Source: a virus (lineage: Duplodnaviria; Heunggongvirae; Uroviricota; Caudoviricetes). From it: a stretch of 64,000 bases of DNA. A program made the position numbers and the translations under genes. The notes under the pieces are model-generated. The model was given only the letters and a program-made list of their open reading frames with translations, ran no database searches and had not been told where the DNA came from. Location of the stretch: positions 17,878 to 81,877 of the IMG/VR virus record IMGVR_UViG_3300028601_000028, one strand, 5' to 3'. The stretch's first letter is position 1; the number at the start of each line of letters is the position of its first letter. This document shows, piece after piece, positions 8,903 through 17,367 of this stretch.

Positions 8903-9883
8903 ATGAAAATAAAATTAAAGAAAATTAAAGAAGACAGAATTAGAATTATCTATAAAATAGATCAATATGATATTAATTTAGATAATAAAATATTTAAAAT
9001 TAATAAAAATACATCTAATTTGAGTGCATATTTAAATAATAAAGGGGATAATTTGATTAATTTTTTAAATAAATCAATTAATAATAAATGTATAAATTGT
9101 TCAAATACAGTAACGAAAAATAGATTTGAAAGAAATAAATTCATTACGTATAAATTTTGTGATAATTGTAATAATATTGAAAATTGGAATAAATATGATA
9201 AAGTAAATTGTATAATATGTAATACTGAACTTTTTAAAAAAGATATGATATTTTCAACATGTGGAAAAGAAGAATGTAAAAATACACATAGAAATAACAT
9301 TAATAAAATAATTAAAAATACACATTGGACTAAAAAAGAAAATGTTAATGAAATTTTAAAAAAAAGAAGTGAAAAAAGATTGTCTAATGATAAAAAATTA
9401 AATAGAAAATACAAAGCATGGAATAAAGGGAAAAAGGGCATATATACAAAAGAAACAATAGAAAAAATAAGAAATTCTACAATTAAACAAATGAAAGAAG
9501 GTAAAATTAAAAAAACTAAAATTGAAATAATATTTGAAAATTTTTTAATTGAAAATGATATAAAATATGTATATTCTTTTATTTATAAAAAAAGACAATT
9601 CGATTTTTATTTAAAAGATTATAATTTAATAATTGAAATAAATGGTGATTATTGGCACGCAAATCCTAAATTTTGGGATATTTATGGTAATGATAATAAT
9701 AAAAAAAAGTTATACGAAACACAAAAAATGAAGATTAAAGATGACATAATTAAAGAGAAAATGATAGAAGATTCTAATTATAAATTTATTAAATTTTGGG
9801 AAGATGATATACATAATAATTTTTCATTAATTATAGAAACTTTAATTAAAAAATTTAATATAAAAATAAAAAATAAAAAATAA
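8903..9883 (+). CDS. free-standing homing-endonuclease-like protein (Zn-finger + Vsr/DUF559-like), between the nrdJ halves
   Basis: Multiple Cx2C Zn-binding motifs. C-terminal QFDFYLKDYNLIIEINGDYWHANPKFWD...KFIKFWEDD motif shared with 5020..6138 and 25733..26791. Its stop is only 3 nt before the IntC start at 9887, in the same frame. Confidence 0.65.
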   Translation: MKIKLKKIKEDRIRIIYKIDQYDINLDNKIFKINKNTSNLSAYLNNKGDNLINFLNKSINNKCINCSNTVTKNRFERNKFITYKFCDNCNNIENWNKYDKVNCIICNTELFKKDMIFSTCGKEECKNTHRNNINKIIKNTHWTKKENVNEILKKRSEKRLSNDKKLNRKYKAWNKGKKGIYTKETIEKIRNSTIKQMKEGKIKKTKIEIIFENFLIENDIKYVYSFIYKKRQFDFYLKDYNLIIEINGDYWHANPKFWDIYGNDNNKKKLYETQKMKIKDDIIKEKMIEDSNYKFIKFWEDDIHNNFSLIIETLIKKFNIKIKNKK

Positions 9884-9886
9884 AAA

Positions 9887-10003
9887 ATGGATAAAACTTA
9901 TAGTAAAATATTTAAAATAACAAAAAAGGGTAAAAGTAATGTTTATGATTTTACTGTTGATGAAACACATAGAATACTCGCTAATAATTTTTATACTTCA
10001 AAT
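9887..10003 (+). mobile_element. split intein C-fragment (39 aa) of the first nrdJ intein
   Basis: Block F/G-like VYDFTVDETHRILANNFYTSN followed by +1 Cys (CHVKHPD...). Confidence 0.55.
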
Positions 10004-13000
10004 TGTCATGTCAAACATCCTGACGCAGAGGATTTTATAGATGCTAAAATGACACAGGGAAAAGTTACTGGTGCTAATGTTTCTGTTAAATTGGATGACG
10101 AATTTATGAAATGTGTTATCGAAGAAAAACCATATATACAAAAATATCCAATCGATTCTGATAATCCAATTTTCACAAAAGAAATAGATGCTAAAAAATT
10201 ATGGAAAAAAATTATTTATAATGCTTGGAAATCTGCTGAACCAGGTTTGCTATTTTGGGATACTGTTATTAAAGAATCAGTACCTGATTGTTATACTGAA
10301 CATGGGTTTAAAACGGTGAGCACTAACCCCTGTGTTGTGGGTGATACTAAAATATCCGTTGCTGATGGAAGAATGGGTGTAACAATTAAAGAATTAGCAG
10401 AAGAATCAAAAGATGTACCTGTTTATTGTTTAGATAATAATGGGGAATTAGCAATTCGTATAATGAGAAATCCACGTATAACAGGTTATAATAAACAAAT
10501 TTATAAAATTACATTAGACAATGGACAATATATTAGGGTTACTGGTAATCATAAATTTAGATTAAAAAACGGAACATATATAGAAGCTAAAGATTTAAAA
10601 AATGGTGATAGTCTTGATGTTTTTTCAAAGGTTATTATAAATAATAATAAAAGAAAAAACAATTACTATACATTAGTAAATAATTCTAATTCATATCTTG
10701 AACATAGAATGGTATCAGAATTTAATAACGGTAGAAAATTAAATGAAAATGAAGTAGTTCATCATATCGATTATAATGGATTAAATAATAATATTAACAA
10801 TTTAAAAATTATGACTATTGATGAACATAATTCATTACATAGAATTGATAAATTAGGTAATAAAAATCCATATCACAGGATGTCAGATGAATGGAAATTT
10901 AATTTTGCATCAAGAAAGGGTGACACAAATAATAAATTTTGTGGTATATATAATGATGAAATTAAAGAACATTTTATAAAACTAACAAAAAAATTAAATA
11001 GAAGAATATCTAAAAAAGATTGGGTTGAATATGCTAAAGAAAACAATTTACCTCAATATTTTTCTTCTTATAGAAGAAATTACGGAGGAGATATTGTATC
11101 ATTAGCTAAATTAGTATCATTAGAATTAAATATAGATAATAATTTTGTTGATGTAGATCCTAGAATTGTAAAAACTTATAAAAAATCTTTATCAGAAGGT
11201 TATAATTCTAAAATAGATAATAATTCAGTAATAGTAGAAAAACAATGTGAACATTGTGGTGAATTATTTTGGGTAGATTATCAAAAAAGAGAAATTAGTT
11301 TTTGTTCACAAAAATGTGCAAATGTTTATATAAATACCGATAAAAATATTAAATTAAAGAGAAAAATATCTATTAATGATACATATAAACAAAAGATGAT
11401 AAACATCAAAAATAAACAAATGGATATTTTCAAAAAATTAGAATTTAATTTAAAAAGGTGTCCTAAATTAAAAGAATGGGAAAAAGAATGTAAATTAAAT
11501 AATATTCCATATAGATTAAAAACTAAATATGGTTATCAAACATTTAGTGATATTAAAAAAGAATCAGAATATTATAACCATAGAGTAATATCTATTGAGT
11601 TAGATGGATTTGAAAATGTATATAATGGAACAGTTGATGATTTTCATAATTTTTTCAGTGGTGAATTTGAAGAAACTACAAAAACAAATAATAAAAAATA
11701 TGTTTATATTAATCAATTAAACTGTGGTGAGATCCCCTTAAATGTAGGTGACTCTTGTAGATTACTGGCATTAAATTTATATTCTTATGTAGAAAACCCA
11801 TTTACAAAAGATGCAAAATTTAACTATGATTTATTTAAAGAACATGTTATTTATGCACAAAGATTTATGGATGATATTGTTGATTTAGAAATAGAAAAAA
11901 TTGATCAAATTTTAAATAAAATTGATAATGATCCAGAGCCAGAACATATTAAAAGAGTTGAAAGAGAATTGTGGAAATTGATTAAAGACAATGCAGTAAA
12001 AGGTAGAAGAACAGGATTAGGAATTACATCAGAAGGTGATATGATTGCAGCGATGGGGTTAATTTATGGCACATCAGAAGCTACTGATTTTGCAGAAAAT
12101 ATACATAAAATATTGGCTACTTATGCTTATAAATCTTCTATAATAATGGCAGAAGAAAGAGGTTCATTTACAGTATTTAATAAGGATAATGAAAAAAATA
12201 ACCCATTTGTAAATAGAGTTCTTAATTCTTTGAAAGAATTTAAAGAAAATGATATTATAGAAAAGTATAATAAAACAGGACGAAGAAATATATCATTACT
12301 TACAATTGCACCAACTGGTTCTGTTAGTATAGTTACACAAACGACATCTGGAATAGAACCAGTATTTTTACCATCTTATACTAGAAGAAGAAAAATAAAC
12401 CCAAATGATAAAAATACTAAAACATCATTTATTGATGAAGTTGGTGATCATTGGGAAGAATATAATGTATTTCATCATAAGTTTAAAACATGGGCTGAAA
12501 TAAATGGTTATGATACATCTAAACTAGAAACAATGAAACAATCCGAACTAGATGATATAATCAAAAAATCCCCATATTTTAAAGCAACATCTAACGATGT
12601 TAATTGGGTAGAAAAGGTTAGAATGCAGGGTAAAATTCAAAAATGGGTAGATCATTCTATATCTGTTACTATTAATTTACCTTCAGATGTTACAGAAGAA
12701 TTAGTATCACAAGTATATCAAACAGGGTGGGAGTCTGGATGTAAAGGAATTACTGTATATAGAGATGGTTCTAGAAGTGGTGTATTGATAACAAAAACAG
12801 ATAATAAGAAAGCAAATATTTTTCAAGAAAATAATGCACCAAAAAGACCAGAATCATTACAGTGTGATGTTTATAGATTCCAAAATAAGGGAGATAAATG
12901 GATTGGGTTTATGGGATTATTAGATAATAAACCATATGAGATATTTACAGGTCTGCAAGAAAGTGTAAATATACCTAATAATATAACAAAAGGTGAGATT

Positions 13001-13381
13001 AAAAAAGTTAAATCAGCTGAATCTGATGGACATTCTAGATATGATTTTATTTATATAGATAAAGATGGATATAAACAAGAATTTAGAGGGTTATCTAGGG
13101 CATTTAATAGAGAATTTTGGAATACAGGTAGATTGATTTCCGCAGTTCTAAGACATGGTATGCCGTTACCAAATGTTTTACAAATAATGGATAAATTAAT
13201 ATTTGATAGTGATGATGTTATAACATCATGGAAACAAGGTATTAAAAGAATTATAAAAAAATATATAAAAGAAGGAACATTAGTAAAAGGACAAACATGT
13301 GATGTATGTGGTTCATCTAATATAGTTTTTAAAGAAGGTTGCATGACTTGTATGGATTGTGGTACATCTAAATGTGAATAG
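9887..13381 (+). CDS. nrdJ: NrdJ C-terminal portion: split-intein C-fragment (39 aa) + RNR extein, itself interrupted by a second, contiguous HNH-containing intein
   Basis: Starts with an IntC ending VYDFTVDETHRILANNFYTSN|C. The extein then runs to STNP. A Cys-initiated intein follows (aa 149-612) with an HNH motif. The extein resumes with CGEIPL, the class II RNR active-site motif TNPCGEIxL. The C-terminal zinc ribbon CDVCGSS..CMTCMDCG is typical of NrdJ. Confidence 0.8.
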   Translation: MDKTYSKIFKITKKGKSNVYDFTVDETHRILANNFYTSNCHVKHPDAEDFIDAKMTQGKVTGANVSVKLDDEFMKCVIEEKPYIQKYPIDSDNPIFTKEIDAKKLWKKIIYNAWKSAEPGLLFWDTVIKESVPDCYTEHGFKTVSTNPCVVGDTKISVADGRMGVTIKELAEESKDVPVYCLDNNGELAIRIMRNPRITGYNKQIYKITLDNGQYIRVTGNHKFRLKNGTYIEAKDLKNGDSLDVFSKVIINNNKRKNNYYTLVNNSNSYLEHRMVSEFNNGRKLNENEVVHHIDYNGLNNNINNLKIMTIDEHNSLHRIDKLGNKNPYHRMSDEWKFNFASRKGDTNNKFCGIYNDEIKEHFIKLTKKLNRRISKKDWVEYAKENNLPQYFSSYRRNYGGDIVSLAKLVSLELNIDNNFVDVDPRIVKTYKKSLSEGYNSKIDNNSVIVEKQCEHCGELFWVDYQKREISFCSQKCANVYINTDKNIKLKRKISINDTYKQKMINIKNKQMDIFKKLEFNLKRCPKLKEWEKECKLNNIPYRLKTKYGYQTFSDIKKESEYYNHRVISIELDGFENVYNGTVDDFHNFFSGEFEETTKTNNKKYVYINQLNCGEIPLNVGDSCRLLALNLYSYVENPFTKDAKFNYDLFKEHVIYAQRFMDDIVDLEIEKIDQILNKIDNDPEPEHIKRVERELWKLIKDNAVKGRRTGLGITSEGDMIAAMGLIYGTSEATDFAENIHKILATYAYKSSIIMAEERGSFTVFNKDNEKNNPFVNRVLNSLKEFKENDIIEKYNKTGRRNISLLTIAPTGSVSIVTQTTSGIEPVFLPSYTRRRKINPNDKNTKTSFIDEVGDHWEEYNVFHHKFKTWAEINGYDTSKLETMKQSELDDIIKKSPYFKATSNDVNWVEKVRMQGKIQKWVDHSISVTINLPSDVTEELVSQVYQTGWESGCKGITVYRDGSRSGVLITKTDNKKANIFQENNAPKRPESLQCDVYRFQNKGDKWIGFMGLLDNKPYEIFTGLQESVNIPNNITKGEIKKVKSAESDGHSRYDFIYIDKDGYKQEFRGLSRAFNREFWNTGRLISAVLRHGMPLPNVLQIMDKLIFDSDDVITSWKQGIKRIIKKYIKEGTLVKGQTCDVCGSSNIVFKEGCMTCMDCGTSKCE
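10331..11722 (+). mobile_element. contiguous intein (464 aa) with HNH homing-endonuclease domain inserted between TNP and CGEIPL of NrdJ
   Basis: Begins CVVGDTKISVADG (block A) directly after STNP. Internal HNH motif VVHHIDYNGLNNNINNLKIMTIDEHNSLH. Ends ...YINQLN, followed by extein CGEIPLNVGDSC. Confidence 0.7.
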
Positions 13382-13386
13382 ATAAA

Positions 13387-13418
13387 AAGACTCATTTAAA
13401 TGAGTCTTTTTTATTTTA
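13387..13418 (+). terminator. rho-independent terminator after nrdJ
   Basis: Perfect palindrome aagactcattt-aaatgagtctt followed by ttttttatttt. Confidence 0.7.
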
Positions 13419-13473
13419 AAATGATTTTAGAACCATTGTTATATTATATATAATAATAAAAACATATATTAAA

Positions 13474-13677
13474 ATGGAAGAACAAATTACAATAGAACAA
13501 TTAATAGAAATTTTAGAAGATGCTAAACAAGATTATGATAAATTTTATGGCAGAAATATTAAAGCAGCGTCAACTAGACTTAGAAAAAAAATACAAGATG
13601 TTTCTAAACTAACAAAAGTAATGAGAAAACAAATAATTGATTATAAAAAGACAATTAAGAAAAAAGGGGAAATTTAA
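13474..13677 (+). CDS. small lysine-rich protein (67 aa)
   Basis: ORF with its stop codon inside the loop of the downstream terminator hairpin. Confidence 0.35.
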   Translation: MEEQITIEQLIEILEDAKQDYDKFYGRNIKAASTRLRKKIQDVSKLTKVMRKQIIDYKKTIKKKGEI

Positions 13678-13692
13678 ATTTCCCCTTTTTTT
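13661..13692. terminator. bidirectional rho-independent terminator between convergent genes
   Basis: aaaaagggg-aaatttaaattt-cccctttttt: GGGG/CCCC stem with A-run and T-run flanks. Stops of both convergent ORFs abut it. Confidence 0.75.
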
Positions 13693-14038
13693 ACATATTA
13701 AAAATATCTTTTATTACTTCTTTAAATTTATCTTTGCTTACACCCCCAACCATCATTTGTGGCTTTTCATCAACAGGTATAAATAATAAACTAGGTACAC
13801 TTTTAATCCCGAACATAGCTGATAATTCTTGCTCTTCTTCTACATCTATTTTATAAAAATTGATATTATCATATTCATTATCTAATTCATCTAAAATTGG
13901 TTGAATTTGCTTGCAAGGCTGACACCATGAAGCTGTAAATTTTAAAATTGTAGGTTTATTTCCTAAATATTTCCAATCTTGATTATTTTCAAAATCAAAT
14001 ATTTCTGTTTTAAATGTTTCTAATGTTAAATTGTTCAT
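13691..14038 (-). CDS. trx: thioredoxin
   Basis: WCQPCK active-site motif (WCxPC). Size of 115 aa and the thioredoxin fold pattern (FYKIDVEE...VPSLLF). Adjacent to the RNR gene. Confidence 0.7.
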   Translation of the reverse strand: MNNLTLETFKTEIFDFENNQDWKYLGNKPTILKFTASWCQPCKQIQPILDELDNEYDNINFYKIDVEEEQELSAMFGIKSVPSLLFIPVDEKPQMMVGGVSKDKFKEVIKDIFNM

Positions 14039-14109
14039 AATTTTATTTTTTATTTATACATAGTAAAAAAAACAAATAAAGTTTATTTATATATACAATA
14101 AAAACCAAT

Positions 14110-14592
14110 ATGGATAATATACTTACATATCTAGAACAATCTATTGAAATCGAATTAAATATATCTGAATTATATAAGTTGTTTTTTCTTAATTTTGAAG
14201 AAGATTATGATTTTTGGTGGAGATTATATATAGAAGAAATAAATCATGCATCATTATTAAAATCAGGTAAAGATTTTATAAAAACGAATGATTTTCCAAA
14301 AGGTTTGTTATTAGATAATATAGAGGATATTGTTAGTATAAATAGTAGAATTCTATCATACATTGATTATTTCAAAAATAATTCATCAAGAGAACAATCA
14401 TTTAAAATCGCACTTGAAATTGAAGGTTCAGCAGCAGAATTACATTTTGAAAATTTCATGAATAGTATATCTAACAATAAAGTGGTTAATATTTTCCAAA
14501 AATTGAATGGTTTTGATATAGAACATTATAATAGAATAAAAAAATATATTGAAGATAATAATATTAATATTAATATTGATAATATTAAATAA
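14110..14592 (+). CDS. hypothetical helical protein (160 aa)
   Basis: ORF with no confident motif. A weak ExxH-like segment (IEEINHA) is noted but not relied on. Confidence 0.35.
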   Translation: MDNILTYLEQSIEIELNISELYKLFFLNFEEDYDFWWRLYIEEINHASLLKSGKDFIKTNDFPKGLLLDNIEDIVSINSRILSYIDYFKNNSSREQSFKIALEIEGSAAELHFENFMNSISNNKVVNIFQKLNGFDIEHYNRIKKYIEDNNININIDNIK

Positions 14593-14625
14593 ATTTATTA
14601 TTTTTGTAAATTAAAATTAAATAAT

Positions 14626-15183
14626 ATGACAAAAGAAATTAAAAAATTTAATGAATTTGAAACGGATTTAAATAAGTTAAAAAATGATATTATAGATATT
14701 CCAGATTTTCCAAAACCTGGAATTTTATTTAGAGATATATCTACACTATTATCACAACCTAGTAAGATTAGATTAATGGTAAATAGTTTTTATAATTATT
14801 TAAAGAATAAAGATATAGATATTGTTGTTGGTTTAGATGCTCGTGGTTTCATTTTAGGTTCAATGATTGCAGATAAATTAGATGTAGGATTTGCTATGGC
14901 TAGAAAAAAAGGTAAAGCACCTGACCATTATGTATATAAAAAATATGATTTAGAATATGGTAGTAATGAAATGGGATTATCACCATTAATTATTAAAGAA
15001 GGTATGAGAGTTCATATTCATGATGATTTATTAGCAACCGGTGGTTCATCTAAAAATATTATAAATATAATTGAAAGCTTTGGTGCCATTGTAGATTCTA
15101 TTTCATTTATAATTGAATTAGAAAATTTAAACGGTAAAGAAATATTAAAAGGATATGATATATATTCATTAATAAAATACTAA
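14626..15183 (+). CDS. apt: adenine phosphoribosyltransferase (type I PRTase)
   Basis: DARGFILGSMIADKLDVGFAMARKKGK...YDLEYGSNEM...GMRVHIHDDLLATGGS matches the APRT consensus (DARGF..G...A..LG.G...iRK.GKLP...Y.LEYG...VvvvDDLLATGGT). Confidence 0.7.
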   Translation: MTKEIKKFNEFETDLNKLKNDIIDIPDFPKPGILFRDISTLLSQPSKIRLMVNSFYNYLKNKDIDIVVGLDARGFILGSMIADKLDVGFAMARKKGKAPDHYVYKKYDLEYGSNEMGLSPLIIKEGMRVHIHDDLLATGGSSKNIINIIESFGAIVDSISFIIELENLNGKEILKGYDIYSLIKY

Positions 15184-15200
15184 AAAATAATATAATAAAA

Positions 15201-15392
15201 ATGATTAAAAAATTTAGCCAAATGAATGAATCAATTAGTATGAATTATACTAATACATTAATATCATTTTCAGGTGATGATTGGGTAGGTATTTATAAAG
15301 ATGGTATTCTTTATCAACAAGGACATAGTATATATTGGAAAAATTTACTAAAAGATCTAATTAATGATAAAGTTGATTTATATTCGTCTTGA
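15201..15392 (+). CDS. small hypothetical protein (63 aa)
   Basis: Short ORF. A hairpin lies immediately downstream. Confidence 0.25.
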   Translation: MIKKFSQMNESISMNYTNTLISFSGDDWVGIYKDGILYQQGHSIYWKNLLKDLINDKVDLYSS

Positions 15393-15399
15393 AAGAAAA

Positions 15400-15422
15400 C
15401 CAATAAATCTTTAGTTTATTGG
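15400..15422 (+). other. perfect 8-bp stem-loop ccaataaa-tctttag-tttattgg upstream of tnpB; possible terminator or IS200/605 left-end-like hairpin
   Basis: Inverted repeat read directly from the sequence. No T-tract follows. Confidence 0.3.
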
Positions 15423-15572
15423 ATGAATTTCAATTAAATTTTTTAAAATATTTTTAAACTATAAATAACTATAAATCAATATTTTAACCATTTAATTTTT
15501 AAAAATGGAAAAAATGATATTTTTCATTTAATATATAATTATACAGATAAATCAAAAAAAGGTTGTATAAAA

Positions 15573-16808
15573 ATGAAAACATATCAAATAAGATTATATC
15601 CTACTAAAAATCAAATAGATGAATTGAATGAATTATCATTCACCAGAAGTGAAATATGGAATGAATTATTGGATATACAACAAAAATCATATGAAAATAA
15701 TAAATCTATATACAACAAGTTTGATCTTAACAATATGTTACCTAAATTAAAAGAAAAATACCCAACATGGAAAAAATTAAACTCTAAATCAATTCAAACA
15801 ATATCAACAGAATTATTTGGTTCTTATAGATCATTTTTCAATTTAATTAAAAAAGATAAAAATACTAGACCTCCGAAAAAGATAGAATTTAATGATTACC
15901 ATACGATTACATGGAATCAATCTGGTTGGATAATAAAAGAAAATAATATTATAATAATAAATAAAATATCTTTTAGATATAAATCTAATTTGGATATTAA
16001 AAACTTAAATATTAAAGAAATTAGAGTTAAACATGTAAGAAATAAATGGTTATGTGATTTAATTGTTAATGATGAAATTAAATATAAAAATGATTTAAAT
16101 ATTAAAACAAATGTTTTAGCCTTTGATTTGGGTTTGAGTAAATTAGCAACAGGAATAGATAACAAAGGAAATCAAATAGTAGTAGAGAACAAAAGTAAAA
16201 AAATAAATAAATATTTTCAAAAACAAATAGGCAAAGTACAAGAAAAAAGAAGTAAAACTAAAAAAGGTTCAAAAAGAAATAAAAAGTTAAGAAAAGATTT
16301 AAATAAATTATATCATAGAAAGAACGAACAAATAAAACAAACTCTCCATATTCAGAGTAAAAAATTAGCGAATATGAACTATAATACAATTATAGTTGGT
16401 GATCTATCAGTTAAAAAATTAATGGAAAAAGAAGGAACAAATAAAAAGAAAAAAGGTATTAGAAAGTCATTTCATCAATCTAATATCAATATGTTTTTAC
16501 AATTTCTTTCTTATAAGTGCCAGAGTAAAAATATTAATTTAACAAAAATTGATGAAAAATGGACAAGTCAATTAAATTGTTTAACCGGTAAATTATTTGA
16601 TAAAAAAATAGAATTGAATAACAGAAAAGTTAAATTATCAAATGAAATAACAATAGATCGAGATTTAAATTCAGCCATAAATATAATAAAAAGATGGTTT
16701 GAAAATCATTTTGCTTCCATGAACGAGCCATTGGATTTAACCAATGTACTTGAAAAGTATAATCTTTCCAATGAAACACACAAATCTTTACCATTCATGG
16801 TTATTTAG
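15573..16808 (+). CDS. tnpB: IS200/IS605-family TnpB (OrfB)-like protein; RuvC-II glutamate replaced by Gly and zinc-finger cysteines lost
   Basis: Typical TnpB N-terminus (MKTYQIRLYPTKNQIDELNEL). RuvC-I AFDLGLSKLATG and RuvC-III IDRDLNSAINI are present. At the RuvC-II position, where TnpB normally has I-V-x-E-D-L, the sequence is NTIIVGDLSVKKL. The Zn finger TSQxCxxCG reads TSQLNCLTG, and the second CxxC is absent. Confidence 0.8.
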   Translation: MKTYQIRLYPTKNQIDELNELSFTRSEIWNELLDIQQKSYENNKSIYNKFDLNNMLPKLKEKYPTWKKLNSKSIQTISTELFGSYRSFFNLIKKDKNTRPPKKIEFNDYHTITWNQSGWIIKENNIIIINKISFRYKSNLDIKNLNIKEIRVKHVRNKWLCDLIVNDEIKYKNDLNIKTNVLAFDLGLSKLATGIDNKGNQIVVENKSKKINKYFQKQIGKVQEKRSKTKKGSKRNKKLRKDLNKLYHRKNEQIKQTLHIQSKKLANMNYNTIIVGDLSVKKLMEKEGTNKKKKGIRKSFHQSNINMFLQFLSYKCQSKNINLTKIDEKWTSQLNCLTGKLFDKKIELNNRKVKLSNEITIDRDLNSAINIIKRWFENHFASMNEPLDLTNVLEKYNLSNETHKSLPFMVI

Positions 16809-16944
16809 TTTGTGTGTAGTTCATCAATAAATGATATATATGATGAAGAATTCTGGAACAAATCAGGATATAATTGTCCAAATACAATAAATGAGTTAGT
16901 TAATATTTGTAAAGAATTAAATATAAAAATAAAAATAAAATAGT

Positions 16945-17352
16945 ATGTATAAAAATATCATTAAAAAAACATGTGAAGAATGTGGATATTATGGTGATTT
17001 TGAAGAAATTTTAACGGAACAGGATGAATATTTTATAAATTGTAATAGATGTGGATATTTTAAACAAAAAATGATAAAAAATGTTATTAATGATATTAAT
17101 AAGATAAAAGAAACATTTCCTAAATATACAGAAGATGAAAGGTTTATAACAGTAATAAAAGGTGGTTTTGGGACTTGGAAAATTATACAGAATAATGTTA
17201 AAAATGAAGGTTCATTTGTAGATCAAAATCATATAAATGATTTTCTATCTAATATAGAAAAAATTATTGATATTGAAGGTGTAACTGAAATTTCATATAA
17301 TATAAAAGTTAATAATAATTGGGAATATAAAGAAATAAAAAAACCTTCTTAA
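16945..17352 (+). CDS. zinc-ribbon protein (CEECGYYG...CNRCGYF)
   Basis: Two CxxCGY pairs at the N-terminus, 135 aa. Terminator directly downstream. Confidence 0.4.
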   Translation: MYKNIIKKTCEECGYYGDFEEILTEQDEYFINCNRCGYFKQKMIKNVINDINKIKETFPKYTEDERFITVIKGGFGTWKIIQNNVKNEGSFVDQNHINDFLSNIEKIIDIEGVTEISYNIKVNNNWEYKEIKKPS

Positions 17353-17367
17353 AGAAGGTTTTTTTAT
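17342..17367. terminator. bidirectional rho-independent terminator (stop codon in loop)
   Basis: aaaccttctt-aaagaaggtttttttatt hairpin with a T-run. Lies between convergent ORFs 16945..17352 and 17368..18024. Confidence 0.7.
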
